Assembly: GCA_963844715.1 (NCBI GenBank)
Contig: CAWJPJ010000007.1
Coordinates: forward strand, 576,001-640,000
Direction: 5' to 3'
Source of the DNA: an uncultured Phycisphaerales bacterium
Lineage (GTDB): Bacteria; Planctomycetota; Phycisphaerae; Tepidisphaerales; Tepidisphaeraceae
Length of the DNA stretch: 64,000 bases
This document shows positions 1 to 10,359 of the stretch, in pieces. The translations under genes were made by a program, and so were the position numbers. Under the pieces are notes generated by a model that did not search any database, had not been told where the DNA came from, and saw only the letters and a list, made by a program, of their open reading frames with translations. Position 1 is the stretch's first letter. Each line of letters starts with the position of its first letter.

Positions 1-1193
1 GCCTCGAATCTGAAACGTGATGCTTGGAGAAGTCACCCCCGGTTCCATCAGCCACTGTCGATAATAAAGCCCCGCCGCAAGTTCGACCCGATACGTTCCC
101 TCATTGAGCAGCCGCGGCGGAATTCGCGTCCGCAGGACGCATTTACCCGTGTCGAGCTTCGGCCAGGACGCTTCCGCCGCGTCGCAGGCGTAGGACCAGT
201 AAATATGCTGGCCATCCTCGTTGATGATCGCGTATCCGATTGCCAGGCCGGGGTCTAGAGTCGCGATGGTCCCCTCGGCCTGGAGCCATAATTCCGTGTC
301 GTTTCGCTGCGGCGAGTCGACGACCCTTCCCCTGGCGTCGGCTATAAAAAATCGCGTTGGAGTGAAAAGGTCGCTGACGAGCTGGTCGCCCGGATTTTCC
401 CACAGCGAGGGCCGCTCGGTCTCCTTTTCTCCGACCAGATACCGGGTGACGATCTCGTGCACATTCTTGCCGATTTGTTTGACCTTTCCACGTTCCAGCC
501 AGACGATCGTATTGCACAACTGTTCAACCGCCCGCATGTTGTGGCTGACGAAGAGGACCGTGCGCCCTGGTGGGCCACGTCGCTCATTTTGCCGAGGCAT
601 TTTTTTTGAAATTCCGCGTCGCCGACGGCGAGAACCTCGTCGATTATGAGGATTTCCGGCTCGAGATGCGCCGCCACGGCAAAAGCGAGCCGGGTATACA
701 TGCCGCTGGAATAATATTTCACCGGCGTATCGAGAAACTTTTCGATTTCGCTGAAGGCGACGATTTCGTCGAATTTCGCGTTGATCTCGCCGCGCTTCAT
801 TCCGAGTATCGCGCCGTTCAGATAAATGTTTTCCCGTCCGGTCAACTCCGGATGAAATCCCGTCCCCACTTCCAGAAGGCTGCCGACGCGGCCATAGATT
901 TCGACGCGGCCCCTGGTCGGTTCTGTGATGCGCGAAAGAATCTTCAGGAGCGTTGATTTCCCCGCGCCGTTGCGGCCGATGATGCCGATGACTTCCCCTG
1001 TGGCAACCTCGATGCGCACGTCCTGCAACGCCCAAAACATGGACGATTCGTCCTGGCTGACCGCGTCCCTGATCCGGCGAAACGGAGTCGTCACGATCTG
1101 AAGCATCGCTTCGCGAAACGTCTTATACGGCTCTTTCTTGCCGATGCGGTACTGCTTCCACAAACCGTCTACTAGGATGGCCACTTCACTCAT
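1..1193 (-). CDS. wzt: Polysaccharide ABC transporter ATP-binding protein (Wzt/RfbB type) with C-terminal Wzt_C domain; one indel near 562; runs off the window edge
   Basis: Walker A GRNGAGKST, LEVGTGFHPELTGRENI, YSSGM signature and IIDEVLAVGD. After a shift near 562 the other frame continues RTVLFVSHNMRAVEQLC...LLNEGTYRVEL. Confidence 0.88.
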
Positions 1194-1246
1194 GGGCTGT
1201 CGTGCAGGCGAGTCTATAGGGTGCGTCCGGCCCTATCAAGGCGGGC

Positions 1247-2047
1247 TCAGGAGACGCGGAATTTCTCCAGATATCGCCCATGCTTTCCTTCATTGCGGCG
1301 ACGCAGGAACCCCACCAGCACCTTGATGTGCGGATTAATTCCGTTGAGGGTGTCATATTCGCCCATCGCCTGCGCCAACGGCCGGCGGCGGTAGAATAAA
1401 TGCCGGCATGCGTCCTCCAGCGCATCGATGTCGCATTGCTGGAATCCGGCGCGCTGGAGCCCGATCGAATTCAATCCACGGATCTTGTCCGCGCCGTCCA
1501 CCTTCACAAACGGGGGCACATCGTGATGAATTCGCGCCGCGCCGCCGATGTAGGCATAGTCGCCGATCGTTACGAAATGATGAACCCCCACGCCGCCCAT
1601 CATGTGCACGTGACTTCCGCACACCACATGTCCGGCGATCATGACGTTGTTTGCCAGCACGCAGTCGTTTCCCAGTTGCACGTCGTGCGCCAGATGGGCG
1701 TTGGCCATGATCAGATTGCCGTTGCCTACCCTCGTGCACGCGGACCCGGCGGCGGTTCCGATGTGAACGGTGACGCCTTCGCGAAATTCGTTGCCCTCGC
1801 CGATTTCCAATCGGGTCGGCTCGCCGGCGTATTTCTTGTCCTGCGGGTTCCCGCCGATCACGGCATTGGGATGAAAAACATTGCGCGGCCCGACGGTCGT
1901 GTGTCCGGAAATCGCCACATGGCTGAACAGTTTGCATCCCGGGCCGAGCACAACGTCAGGCCCGATCCGGCAAAACGGTCCGACCTCCACGTCGTCCGCC
2001 AGCCGCGCTTTGGGATCGATCAACGATAGGGATGAAATATTTGCCAT
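1247..2047 (-). CDS. lpxA: Acyl-ACP--UDP-N-acetylglucosamine O-acyltransferase
   Basis: Hexapeptide repeats, IGGNPQDKKY, FREGVTVHIGT and HLAHD; lies downstream of lpxC/fabZ; ATG at 2047. Confidence 0.95.
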   Translation of the reverse strand: MANISSLSLIDPKARLADDVEVGPFCRIGPDVVLGPGCKLFSHVAISGHTTVGPRNVFHPNAVIGGNPQDKKYAGEPTRLEIGEGNEFREGVTVHIGTAAGSACTRVGNGNLIMANAHLAHDVQLGNDCVLANNVMIAGHVVCGSHVHMMGGVGVHHFVTIGDYAYIGGAARIHHDVPPFVKVDGADKIRGLNSIGLQRAGFQQCDIDALEDACRHLFYRRRPLAQAMGEYDTLNGINPHIKVLVGFLRRRNEGKHGRYLEKFRVS

Positions 2048-2060
2048 TGCACTCGAACAG

Positions 2061-3389
2061 TTAAACCGGCTCGGCGTCAACGAGCATGAACTTGATGTCC
2101 GCCTCGGCGGCCATCTTGTCTCCGACGAACGCCTTGCATCGCACGTGCCCGGTGCGGCTCTTAACGCGAACCGTCACCGCCTCCAGAACCAACTGATCGC
2201 CCGGCACCACCGGCTGACGCATCTTCACCTTGTCCATGCTGAGCAGAACTGCCAGCTTGCCCGTATGTTCCAATTTGCTTGATAGCAGCAGCCCGCCAAG
2301 TTGCGCCATCGCCTCGACGATCAGCACGCCCGGCATGATCGGCGTGCCCGGATAATGCCCCTGGAAAAAAACGTCGTTAAACGTAACGTTCTTGATTCCC
2401 ACGGCTCGCTGATCGGATGTAATCTCCAGCACGCGATCGACCAGTAGCATCGGATATCGGTGGGGCAGGATGCGCTGAATCCGCCGAATGTCCAGCGCCG
2501 CGTCGCGATGAAGCAGCGACTCGCGCGACATGTCCTCCTGCTGCCGCAGGAGCTTTCGCACCATCATGTGGTTCAGTTCGTGGCCGCTCTTGTGCCCGAC
2601 CAATCGTCCCCGCAGGCTGCGTCCGAGCAGATACAGATCGCCGATCAAATCCAGAACCTTGTGCCGGGCGCATTCGTCGGCAAAGCGGAACGAATTGTCG
2701 ATCGGCCCCTCGGCCGAGATGACCAGAAGGTCCTTGGGAGTCAGATGCGTTCCCATTCCGCGCGATTGAAGATCGCGGGCTTCATAATCGAATACCCATG
2801 TTCGCGCCGGCGCGACTTGCGAGATGAACTCGTCCCGTTTTTCGCCGCTGATGGTGAAGCAGAAAACTTGCCGGCCGAGCGGCGCGGGGGCTTCGAAGTC
2901 GTAAATGATTTCCAGCTTGTCCGCGGGCCCGGGCAAGGCGGCCAAAGTCGCCTCGCCGATGGAAACCTGCTCGGGCCTTCGGATGATGAACGGCTCAACG
3001 AGCGCTTCCTGCTCGCGCAGGCCGGCGTTTTGCACCAGTTCCACGAACGCATTGCTCGATCCGTCCCCCGCCGGCAATTCGCCCGATTTTCCGCCGCTGA
3101 CGCGGACCAGCGCGTTATCCACGCCCAGCCCCGCCAGCGCGGCCAGGCAATGCTCGACCGTCTCGACCAGCAGCGTTCCATTTTTCAGGCACGTCCGCCG
3201 CGGGCTCTTTTTTACATTTTGAATGGAGGCGGCGATGGATGCGATCTTTCCGTCCTGCTCGCGAATGAAATGAATCCCCGCGTTGGCTTCGGCGGGCGAA
3301 ATCGTGACGGTCGCCGGCTCCCCCGAAAAGAGGCCGCGCCCCGAAAAGCTTGCCTCCTGGGCTAACGTCTTCTGCCGATCCGGCGACAT
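2061..3389 (-). CDS. lpxC-fabZ: Bifunctional UDP-3-O-acyl-GlcNAc deacetylase / 3-hydroxyacyl-ACP dehydratase
   Basis: N-terminal QKTL...GRGLFSG, TVEHCLAAL and ARHKVLDLIGDL (LpxC); C-terminal LPHRYPMLLVDRV and FFQGHYPGTPIMPGVL (FabZ). Confidence 0.95.
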   Translation of the reverse strand: MSPDRQKTLAQEASFSGRGLFSGEPATVTISPAEANAGIHFIREQDGKIASIAASIQNVKKSPRRTCLKNGTLLVETVEHCLAALAGLGVDNALVRVSGGKSGELPAGDGSSNAFVELVQNAGLREQEALVEPFIIRRPEQVSIGEATLAALPGPADKLEIIYDFEAPAPLGRQVFCFTISGEKRDEFISQVAPARTWVFDYEARDLQSRGMGTHLTPKDLLVISAEGPIDNSFRFADECARHKVLDLIGDLYLLGRSLRGRLVGHKSGHELNHMMVRKLLRQQEDMSRESLLHRDAALDIRRIQRILPHRYPMLLVDRVLEITSDQRAVGIKNVTFNDVFFQGHYPGTPIMPGVLIVEAMAQLGGLLLSSKLEHTGKLAVLLSMDKVKMRQPVVPGDQLVLEAVTVRVKSRTGHVRCKAFVGDKMAAEADIKFMLVDAEPV

Positions 3390-3504
3390 TCGTTGATCCT
3401 TATACGTCCGAGAAATCCCTAATTATACCCACCGGGCGCCAAACCCCAAAACGACCCGATATCCTGAGCCCAATTCGTCCGCATTTCGATTACAATGTAC
3501 TTCC

Positions 3505-4453
3505 ATGCATGAGCCTGCGGCCGAATTTGCCGTTTTGAAACACCTCGATGGGCTTGTGGACGAACTGCGCAAGCTGATTCCGCCGGCCCTGAAGGGGCAG
3601 GATGTCGAGGCCGTGCACGATGCCCGGGTCGCGACTCGCCGTCTGCGCGCCGCCACTCAATTGCTCGAATCCGTCATTTCGGGCAAATCCCGAAAGTCGT
3701 TCAATCGCGTCATGAAGCAATTGCGCCGCCAGCTCGGGCCGCTTCGCGATCTGGATGTAATGCTCCAGCATCTGGCCGACGTGGGGGACGAGAAACACCA
3801 GCCGGCGGTGGATTGGCTAACGCAGCGTCTGACCGCCTGCCGCGACGACGCGGTTGCCGAAGCAAAAAAACAGGCTCCGCCGCCGCGCATGCTGGCGCAG
3901 CTTGGATCATGGTGGGGCGTTCGCCAGGAAATCGCCGATTCCCGCGAGGCGATCGAATACCTGATCGCGGAGTCCGTGCATTTGCAACTGGATTCCTTCG
4001 CCGAGCAAGCCGCCTCGCGGCAGAAGCATGATCCCCATGCGTGGCGGATTGCCGGGAAATCGCTGCGGTATACGCTCGAGATAGCCAAAGCCCACGGCCT
4101 GCCTCTTCCCGCCGAGGCCAATACGCTTTTCAAGAAGATTCAGGATGCTCTGGGTCTGTGGCATGATTCGGTCGTTCTAAGCGAGCGGCATGCTTTGCGA
4201 AATCGTCGAGTGCGATCTGGCCCTGCACGATCCGCAACTGGCCGAACTGATTCTGAGTCTTTCCCAGCACTATCTGCGCAAAGCCCGGACGCAGCTTTCC
4301 AAGGCGTCGGAACTTTGGCAGCCGCACGCGACGAAGCTCAGCGAAGAAATTCGCCGGGCGTTTCCCCTGACGCGGGTGGTTGCCCAATCGGTTGCCGAAC
4401 CGGAACCGCCGGCTGAAACGCAAGCCCCCTCATCCTCGGAAGTGCCGGTTTGA
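3505..4453 (+). CDS. CHAD-domain (polyphosphate-binding) protein; indel near 4187
   Basis: VHDARVATRRLRA, LGPLRDLDV, HAWRIAGKSLRYTLE and QDALGLWHD; continues in ORF 4190..4453. Confidence 0.85.
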
Positions 4454-5977
4454 TTATTTCGGCTGGATGTTGACACCCAGACGGCTGAATTCCTGGAACA
4501 GCTCCGAGTACATCCGATCGATCCCCGCCTGCGCCTGGTACACGTCCTTAATGTCTCCCCGCTCGATTCCGTCTGCGATGGCGTTGAAATTCTCCGTGAA
4601 TTGCTTCCCGCAGTCGGCCAGCAACTGATTCTGGGTCTCGGTCCGGCCTTCGCTGTGCTTGCGAATGATGTTGATGTTGATTCGGAACGTCTGCTCGATA
4701 TCCAGCTTCCAATCGTCGCCAACCTTGCGGAAGTAGATGGGTTTGTTTGGCCAGTTTCCCGGCAGATCGTCCGGCGGCGTGAGGGTGACCGTGTCGCCCG
4801 AGACGCTGACGTCATCCGGACCGGTGCGTGCCAAAATGTCCACAGCCAGCGAGGCGACCGTCGAGACCCGCAGACTTAAACTCATTGCCGGCGATCCAAA
4901 CCGCTTGATCGCGACTTTTTCCACGCGATATGCCGCCATATCGTTGGGAAAAATAATCGCCAGTTCAGACATTATTTGCTTGCCGGTCACCGGGTCGGCA
5001 TAGAGGAGCGACATTATTTTCGCTGTATCGTCCCGGTCGTAGGCGTCAACGATTCCCGTCAACACGCCGCGAACACCCTGATATTCGGGGTCTTCGATTT
5101 CCGTGGCGGTCGCGCTCGCGGGCTGCTGTGGTGGCTGCGCCTGCGCGACGATGACTGGCGCCGGGGTTGCGGGCGGCGGAGTTAGCGGCCGCGTTTCCTG
5201 GGTTACCACCGCTGCCGCCGCGCCGACGCATGCCGTCGTGACAACGCCTTTAATTATGAGAAGCTTGATCTGGTTTCGAATCATCATTTTGGTTGCTCCC
5301 TTTGCCAATGAGATGGCAGTACCCGCCGCGGCGCCGTGGCTGCCTGTGAGAATTACATTCATCGTCGCGTTTAGCAGCGCCGCAGGGCTCGCCTGCACCG
5401 CATGTGCGGCCAAAACCGCGGGAAGCGCAGACGCGCTCACCGCCGCTCCGCGATGGACCAATTGGTTTCGCAGTCTTTCCATCGCCCGCGCGACGCGCTT
5501 TTTCGCCGCGTCCTCGGTGATTCCCAGGGTCGCCGCCACTTCCGACGCCGATTGATTGTCGAAATACCGCAACAGCACCGCGCGCCGATCGTTCTCGGAT
5601 AATTTCGCCAGCGCGTCGTCGAGCACCGGCGAAAGGTCCGGGATCGCTTCCGGCTCCATTTTTTCAGGTCGCATGGCGGCCGCCTTCCGTTCGTGGATTG
5701 CCCGCCGCGCTTCCGCCCGTCGCGCGTTGGCCGCGACATATCGCGTCGCGTTAAACAGCCAACCCGTGATCACGGTTCCCGGTTTCAATTTCCCCAGCCG
5801 CTGCCAGAGCAAGAGAAACGCGGCTTGCGTAATGTCATGTGCGGCCGCCTGGTCCGACGACTGGCGAACCGCCGCGGCATAGACGAAGTCGATGTGCCTC
5901 TGCATGAGCTGCCGAAACAACTCGGAATCCCGTTTTTGGGTCAGGACGGCGAGCAATTCCGCGTCGCTTAGTGGCAT
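4454..5977 (-). CDS. ECF sigma-70 factor with C-terminal hydrophobic segment and extended, probably extracytoplasmic, domain
   Basis: Region 2 (HIDFVYAAAVRQ...AHDITQAAF) and region 4 (DRRAVLLRYF...AAKKRVARAMERLR), then an Ala-rich linker, a hydrophobic stretch, a Pro-rich linker and a domain of about 200 aa. Confidence 0.88.
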   Translation of the reverse strand: MPLSDAELLAVLTQKRDSELFRQLMQRHIDFVYAAAVRQSSDQAAAHDITQAAFLLLWQRLGKLKPGTVITGWLFNATRYVAANARRAEARRAIHERKAAAMRPEKMEPEAIPDLSPVLDDALAKLSENDRRAVLLRYFDNQSASEVAATLGITEDAAKKRVARAMERLRNQLVHRGAAVSASALPAVLAAHAVQASPAALLNATMNVILTGSHGAAAGTAISLAKGATKMMIRNQIKLLIIKGVVTTACVGAAAAVVTQETRPLTPPPATPAPVIVAQAQPPQQPASATATEIEDPEYQGVRGVLTGIVDAYDRDDTAKIMSLLYADPVTGKQIMSELAIIFPNDMAAYRVEKVAIKRFGSPAMSLSLRVSTVASLAVDILARTGPDDVSVSGDTVTLTPPDDLPGNWPNKPIYFRKVGDDWKLDIEQTFRININIIRKHSEGRTETQNQLLADCGKQFTENFNAIADGIERGDIKDVYQAQAGIDRMYSELFQEFSRLGVNIQPK

Positions 5978-6061
5978 GGGCAGTTCCTACCCATCCATGT
6001 GCGGCCACCGGGCCGCCAGGGACAGCAGGAAGAAAAACTCAGTTTTTGAACGAGAACTGAA

Positions 6062-7297
6062 CTATGCCGTCGCGCTTTTTTGCCGCTTTGGCCTGGGTTC
6101 GCGGGGGACGAGGGCTCGTTCCAGATTGGCCATGGCCTGTTTCAGACGTTGGTCGTTTTCGACCAGGGCTATCCGGACGTAACCCTCGCCATGCTCGCCA
6201 AAAGCCCTCCCCGGGGCCAGCGCGACTTCGGCTTCGTCCATCATGCGGAGACAGAAGTCGATCGTCCCGCCTCCCTTGAGATGCTCTTCTTTGATCTTCG
6301 CCCAGACGAACATGCTGGCCCGCGGCTTTTCATACGTCCAGCCAAGCCGATCCAATCCGCGGCAGACCACGTCCCGTCGATACTGATAAATCTTGCTCTG
6401 CTCAGCAGGCGTGTCGGGGTGCTCGCGCATGGCGATGATGCTGGCGATCTGAATCGGGGCGAATATGCCGTAGTCGTAGTACCCCTTGATCGTCGCCAGG
6501 GCTTTGACCATCTCCGAATTCCCGGCGCAGAAGCCGATGCGCCAACCGGCCATGTTGTAACTCTTGGACATGGTCGTGAATTCCACGCCCAGTTCCTTGC
6601 CTCCCTCGGCCGCCAGCAGGCTCGGGGCCTGATATCCGTCAAAGCAGATTTCGCCGTAAGCCAGGTCGCTGATGATCATGATCCCATGCTTGCGGCACAG
6701 GGCGATGGCGCGCTCCCAGAAACCCGGATCGATCGTCATCGATGTCGGATTGTGCGGGTAATTCAAAATCAGCAGCTTCGGCGTCGGGTAGAGGCCTTCG
6801 ATTACTTTTTCGATCCGGTCGAGAAACGCCTGATCGTTACCGAGCGGGACGCGAATCACATTTGCCCCGGCCATGGCGACCGCATAGACGTGGATCGGAA
6901 ACGCCGGGTCCGGCACCACCGCCGTGTCCCCGGGCCCAAGCAGCGCCAGGCAAAGATGCGAAAAGCCCTCTTTGCTCCCGATGGTGGCGATCACCTCTGT
7001 CTCGGGGTCCAGCTCGACGCCGTACTTCTGACGGTACTTCTTGGCCACTTCCTTGCGCAGCCCGGCGACGCCGTTGCTGACGCTATAGCGATGATTCCGC
7101 GGATCGGTTGCCGCTTCGGCCAGCTTTGCGACGACCGAGTCGGGCGTGGGATCGGTGGGGTTTCCCATCCCCAGATCGATAATGTCCACGCCTGCGACGC
7201 GCTTGTCATACTTCATCTTGTTGATGCGCCCGAACAGATACGGCGGAAGCCGGGCGATCCGCGCGGAGACGTCGATTTTGAACGGTTGCTGGCTCAT
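6062..7297 (-). CDS. Class I/II PLP-dependent aminotransferase (AlaC / LL-diaminopimelate aminotransferase-like)
   Basis: LPPYLF, IIDLGMGNP, LNYPHNPT, SDLAY and SKSYNMAGWRIG. Confidence 0.9.
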   Translation of the reverse strand: MSQQPFKIDVSARIARLPPYLFGRINKMKYDKRVAGVDIIDLGMGNPTDPTPDSVVAKLAEAATDPRNHRYSVSNGVAGLRKEVAKKYRQKYGVELDPETEVIATIGSKEGFSHLCLALLGPGDTAVVPDPAFPIHVYAVAMAGANVIRVPLGNDQAFLDRIEKVIEGLYPTPKLLILNYPHNPTSMTIDPGFWERAIALCRKHGIMIISDLAYGEICFDGYQAPSLLAAEGGKELGVEFTTMSKSYNMAGWRIGFCAGNSEMVKALATIKGYYDYGIFAPIQIASIIAMREHPDTPAEQSKIYQYRRDVVCRGLDRLGWTYEKPRASMFVWAKIKEEHLKGGGTIDFCLRMMDEAEVALAPGRAFGEHGEGYVRIALVENDQRLKQAMANLERALVPREPRPKRQKSATA

Positions 7298-7332
7298 GGA
7301 ACTTGTATTGTAGCCGCAAATCCCCGGTTTGA

Positions 7333-8436
7333 TTAGGGCTCGGTGGAAGGCGCTGTCGCCGGGGCGTGTTCCTGGTCCAGCTGATGGCGGATTTCCTGTA
7401 GGTCCTTAATTTGCCCATCTTTCCGCGCCACGCGGTCTTCCCACTGTTTTCGCAGGATCGGGTCCTGAATCTCCATTTCGTTCAAGGCCAACCCGGCCAG
7501 CCGCTCCCTCAGCGCGGTCATCGCCGCCTGGACGGCCTGATCGTGCAAATCCTTCCGGACGGCGTCCTTGTAATCCTCAAATTTGGCATGAGCCGGCGGA
7601 ATTCGATCGACGAGCTGGGCGATGTAAATGAACTGCCCGATCTGCAGAGGATCGGAAATTTGCCCCTTTTGGAGCATGAAAACCAGTTGCTTGAATTCCG
7701 GCGGGAAGCGGTTGTCCTGAAGAGTGAAGGGGGGCAATTCCCCGCCATTGGCGGCCGTGGTCCGATCCCGGCTGCGGGCCCGGGCCACATCTTCAAATCT
7801 CTTGCCCGCCGCCAGGTCGCGCCGCACGTCCGCAGCCTCGGACATGTTTCCGCAGACGATGTATCGCACCACCACTTTTTCCCCATACAACACGTTGAAG
7901 TGCTTTCGCACGGCATCGTCGGTAATTTCCGCCGAGACTTCCGGATCGGCGATCTTTCGCAGATAAGCGTTGATCTCCATCAGCACGTCAAACTCAGGCC
8001 GGCTCATGTGCTGCTGCAACAGAACCTGATCCAGCATCTGTTCCGTCTGCTCGGGGGTCAGATCTTCATCCGAAGGCTGGGTTGCGCTGATGTTCAAGCC
8101 GGACGACTCAAGCGAACGCCTCAGCGCCGTCAGCGTGATCTGCTTCTCCTTGGCCACGTCGTCGGGCGTGACGACGATCTCCTGTTTCGCCGCTTCCTCC
8201 TGCGCCAGGTCTTTTTGAACGATCAATAAAACGACGTTTAGCCCGTACCCCTCGATCAATACCGGTTGCACGTCCTGAAGCGTGATCGGCTCGCCGCGGA
8301 TCGTTGCCACCACTTCGTTTTCAATTGGCGGAAGCTTCTCGGCCGTCTGCGCCTCGGTGACGGTCAGACTCTCGTCGCTCTTGCAACCTTGCAGGACAAG
8401 CAAACCGACAGCAATGATGGAAAGCCAGATTTTCAC
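7333..8436 (-). CDS. Exported PpiC/parvulin-type peptidyl-prolyl isomerase (PrsA/SurA-like lipoprotein)
   Basis: GTG at 8436 after GGAG; lipobox-like LQGC; FEDVARARSRD...NGGEL...LQKGQISDP rotamase motif. Confidence 0.85.
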   Translation of the reverse strand: MKIWLSIIAVGLLVLQGCKSDESLTVTEAQTAEKLPPIENEVVATIRGEPITLQDVQPVLIEGYGLNVVLLIVQKDLAQEEAAKQEIVVTPDDVAKEKQITLTALRRSLESSGLNISATQPSDEDLTPEQTEQMLDQVLLQQHMSRPEFDVLMEINAYLRKIADPEVSAEITDDAVRKHFNVLYGEKVVVRYIVCGNMSEAADVRRDLAAGKRFEDVARARSRDRTTAANGGELPPFTLQDNRFPPEFKQLVFMLQKGQISDPLQIGQFIYIAQLVDRIPPAHAKFEDYKDAVRKDLHDQAVQAAMTALRERLAGLALNEMEIQDPILRKQWEDRVARKDGQIKDLQEIRHQLDQEHAPATAPSTEP

Positions 8437-8535
8437 GTATGTTCTCCGGGAAGGCCCGAGTATCGAGACCTCTTCGGGGGTGTCAAGAACGGCGCGAAAT
8501 TGCCTGATCGCATCCGGTGAGGATACTGTGTTGGC

Positions 8536-8937
8536 ATGTCCATCATCGGTCATGGCATTGATATCGTCGAAACCGGCCGCATACGCCGCATGGCCAACGA
8601 GCACGGCCAGCGGTTCCTCGACCGAGTCTTCACACCGGCGGAGCAGGAATACTGCTCGGCGAATCCGAAGCGCTATTTCGAGCATCTGGCTGGGCGATTC
8701 GCGGCCAAGGAAGCCGTCCTCAAAGTCCTCGGCACGGGCTGGCGCGGCGGTATCGCCTGGACCGACATCGAAATCGTCAAAGACGCCAGCGGGCAACCCA
8801 AAGTCAAACTGACCGGCGAATGCGCCAGAATCGCCGAAGAGATGGGAATTTCCCTCTGGCATGTCAGCCTGTCGCATATCGAAACTCACGCGACGGCCAG
8901 CGCCATTGGAGCGAAAGGAGCGGGGAATGCTGAGTGA
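8536..8937 (+). CDS. acpS: Holo-ACP synthase
   Basis: GHGIDIVE, RVFTPAE, LAGRFAAKEA and VSLSH. Confidence 0.95.
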   Translation: MSIIGHGIDIVETGRIRRMANEHGQRFLDRVFTPAEQEYCSANPKRYFEHLAGRFAAKEAVLKVLGTGWRGGIAWTDIEIVKDASGQPKVKLTGECARIAEEMGISLWHVSLSHIETHATASAIGAKGAGNAE

Positions 8938-8967
8938 CGGAGCGACTTCGGCATTCGGCTGCTATTT

Positions 8968-10298
8968 ATGTCCGAACTAAAACGTACCCATCTTTCCGTA
9001 AGGCAGGAGCGAGCCGTTCTTGTTGGAGTGATCCTCCCCAAGTCCAACGCCGATCCGCGCGATCCGCTTGGGGAACTCTCGTCCCTTGCGGACACCGCCG
9101 GCGCCAAAGTCGTGGGCCAGGTTCTCCAGCGCCGCCACCGCGTCGATGCCGGAACCTACGTGGGCAGCGGGAAGGTGATCGAAATCGCCGACCTGGCGAT
9201 TCGCGAGGAAGCCGATGTCATTATCTTCGACAACGACCTGACGCCCGGCCAGGTCGGCGCCTTGGAACGGATGGTCAACAAGCACGCCGAAAGCCCGCGC
9301 GGCGAGGGGATCAAAGTCCTGGATCGCTCCGAATTGATTCTCGACATCTTCGCCACGCGAGCGCGCACCCACGAAGCCAAACTTCAGGTGGAACTGGCGC
9401 AAATGCAATACACATATCCCCGATTGACGCAGATGTGGGGCCACCTCGAGCGAATCGCCGGCGGCGCCCCGGCGGGGATCGGAACGCGCGGGCCCGGCGA
9501 GCAGCAACTCGAAATCGACCGCCGATTGGTCCGCAAGCGCATCGGCCGCCTCAAGGACGAAATCGCCAAGGTCCAACGCAGAAAAACCCGCGAAGTCGCC
9601 CAGCGGACCGCCGGACATTTCACCATCTGCATCGTCGGCTACACCAACGCCGGCAAAAGCACGCTGTTCAACACGCTCACCGCCGCCGGCACCTACGCCG
9701 ACGACAAACTCTTCGCCACGCTCGATACCAAGACGAGAAACTGGAAGGTCGATCGCGGCATCGAGGTGCTCATCAGCGACACGGTCGGATTCGTGCGCGA
9801 TCTCCCGCACAATCTGGTCGCCAGCTTCAAGGCGACCCTCGAAGAAGCCGTCCACGCCGATCTGCTCTTGCACGTCCTGGACGTCGGCCATCCCCACGCC
9901 GCCCAGCAATTCGATTCGGTTCACGAGGTGCTCGCTCAAATCGGCGTCGAGGAAAAACCCGAAATCCTTCTGCTCAATAAAATCGACACCCCCGAGGGCG
10001 AAGCCAATTTCCCCGAATGGCGCACGCTTCATCCCGGCGCAATCCCCCTCGCGCCAAAACCGGCCGCGGCGTCGCGATGCTGAATGAAATCGTCGAAGAG
10101 CGCGTCCGCGGCCAGGAGACCGAAGTCCTCCTCGAAGCCGACTCCGCCAACGGCAAACTTCTCTCTTTTATTGAAACCCACACCACGGTTCATTCTCGCG
10201 AATTTGAGGACGGCCGAGTCACTCTCCGCGCCACCGTGCCGAAGCGAGTGTTGGCCGACCTTCAGCAAAACAAGCAGATCGAGATCAAGCCGGTTTAA
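8968..10298 (+). CDS. hflX: GTPase HflX; indel near 10051
   Basis: LILDIFATRARTHEAKLQVELAQ, GPGEQQLEIDRR, VGYTNAGKST, LFATLD, DTVGF and NKID; the C-terminus continues in ORF 10017..10298. Confidence 0.95.
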
Positions 10299-10359
10299 GA
10301 CCATGCGGGCGGGAAATTCCGTGTGTCAAACCGGCCTGCGCGTGCGTACAATACCCAAG

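Noticed and set aside
8437..8889. N-terminal extension of the PPIase ORF
   Set aside because: It is antisense to acpS. The true start is the GTG at 8436, with an RBS and a lipoprotein signal.
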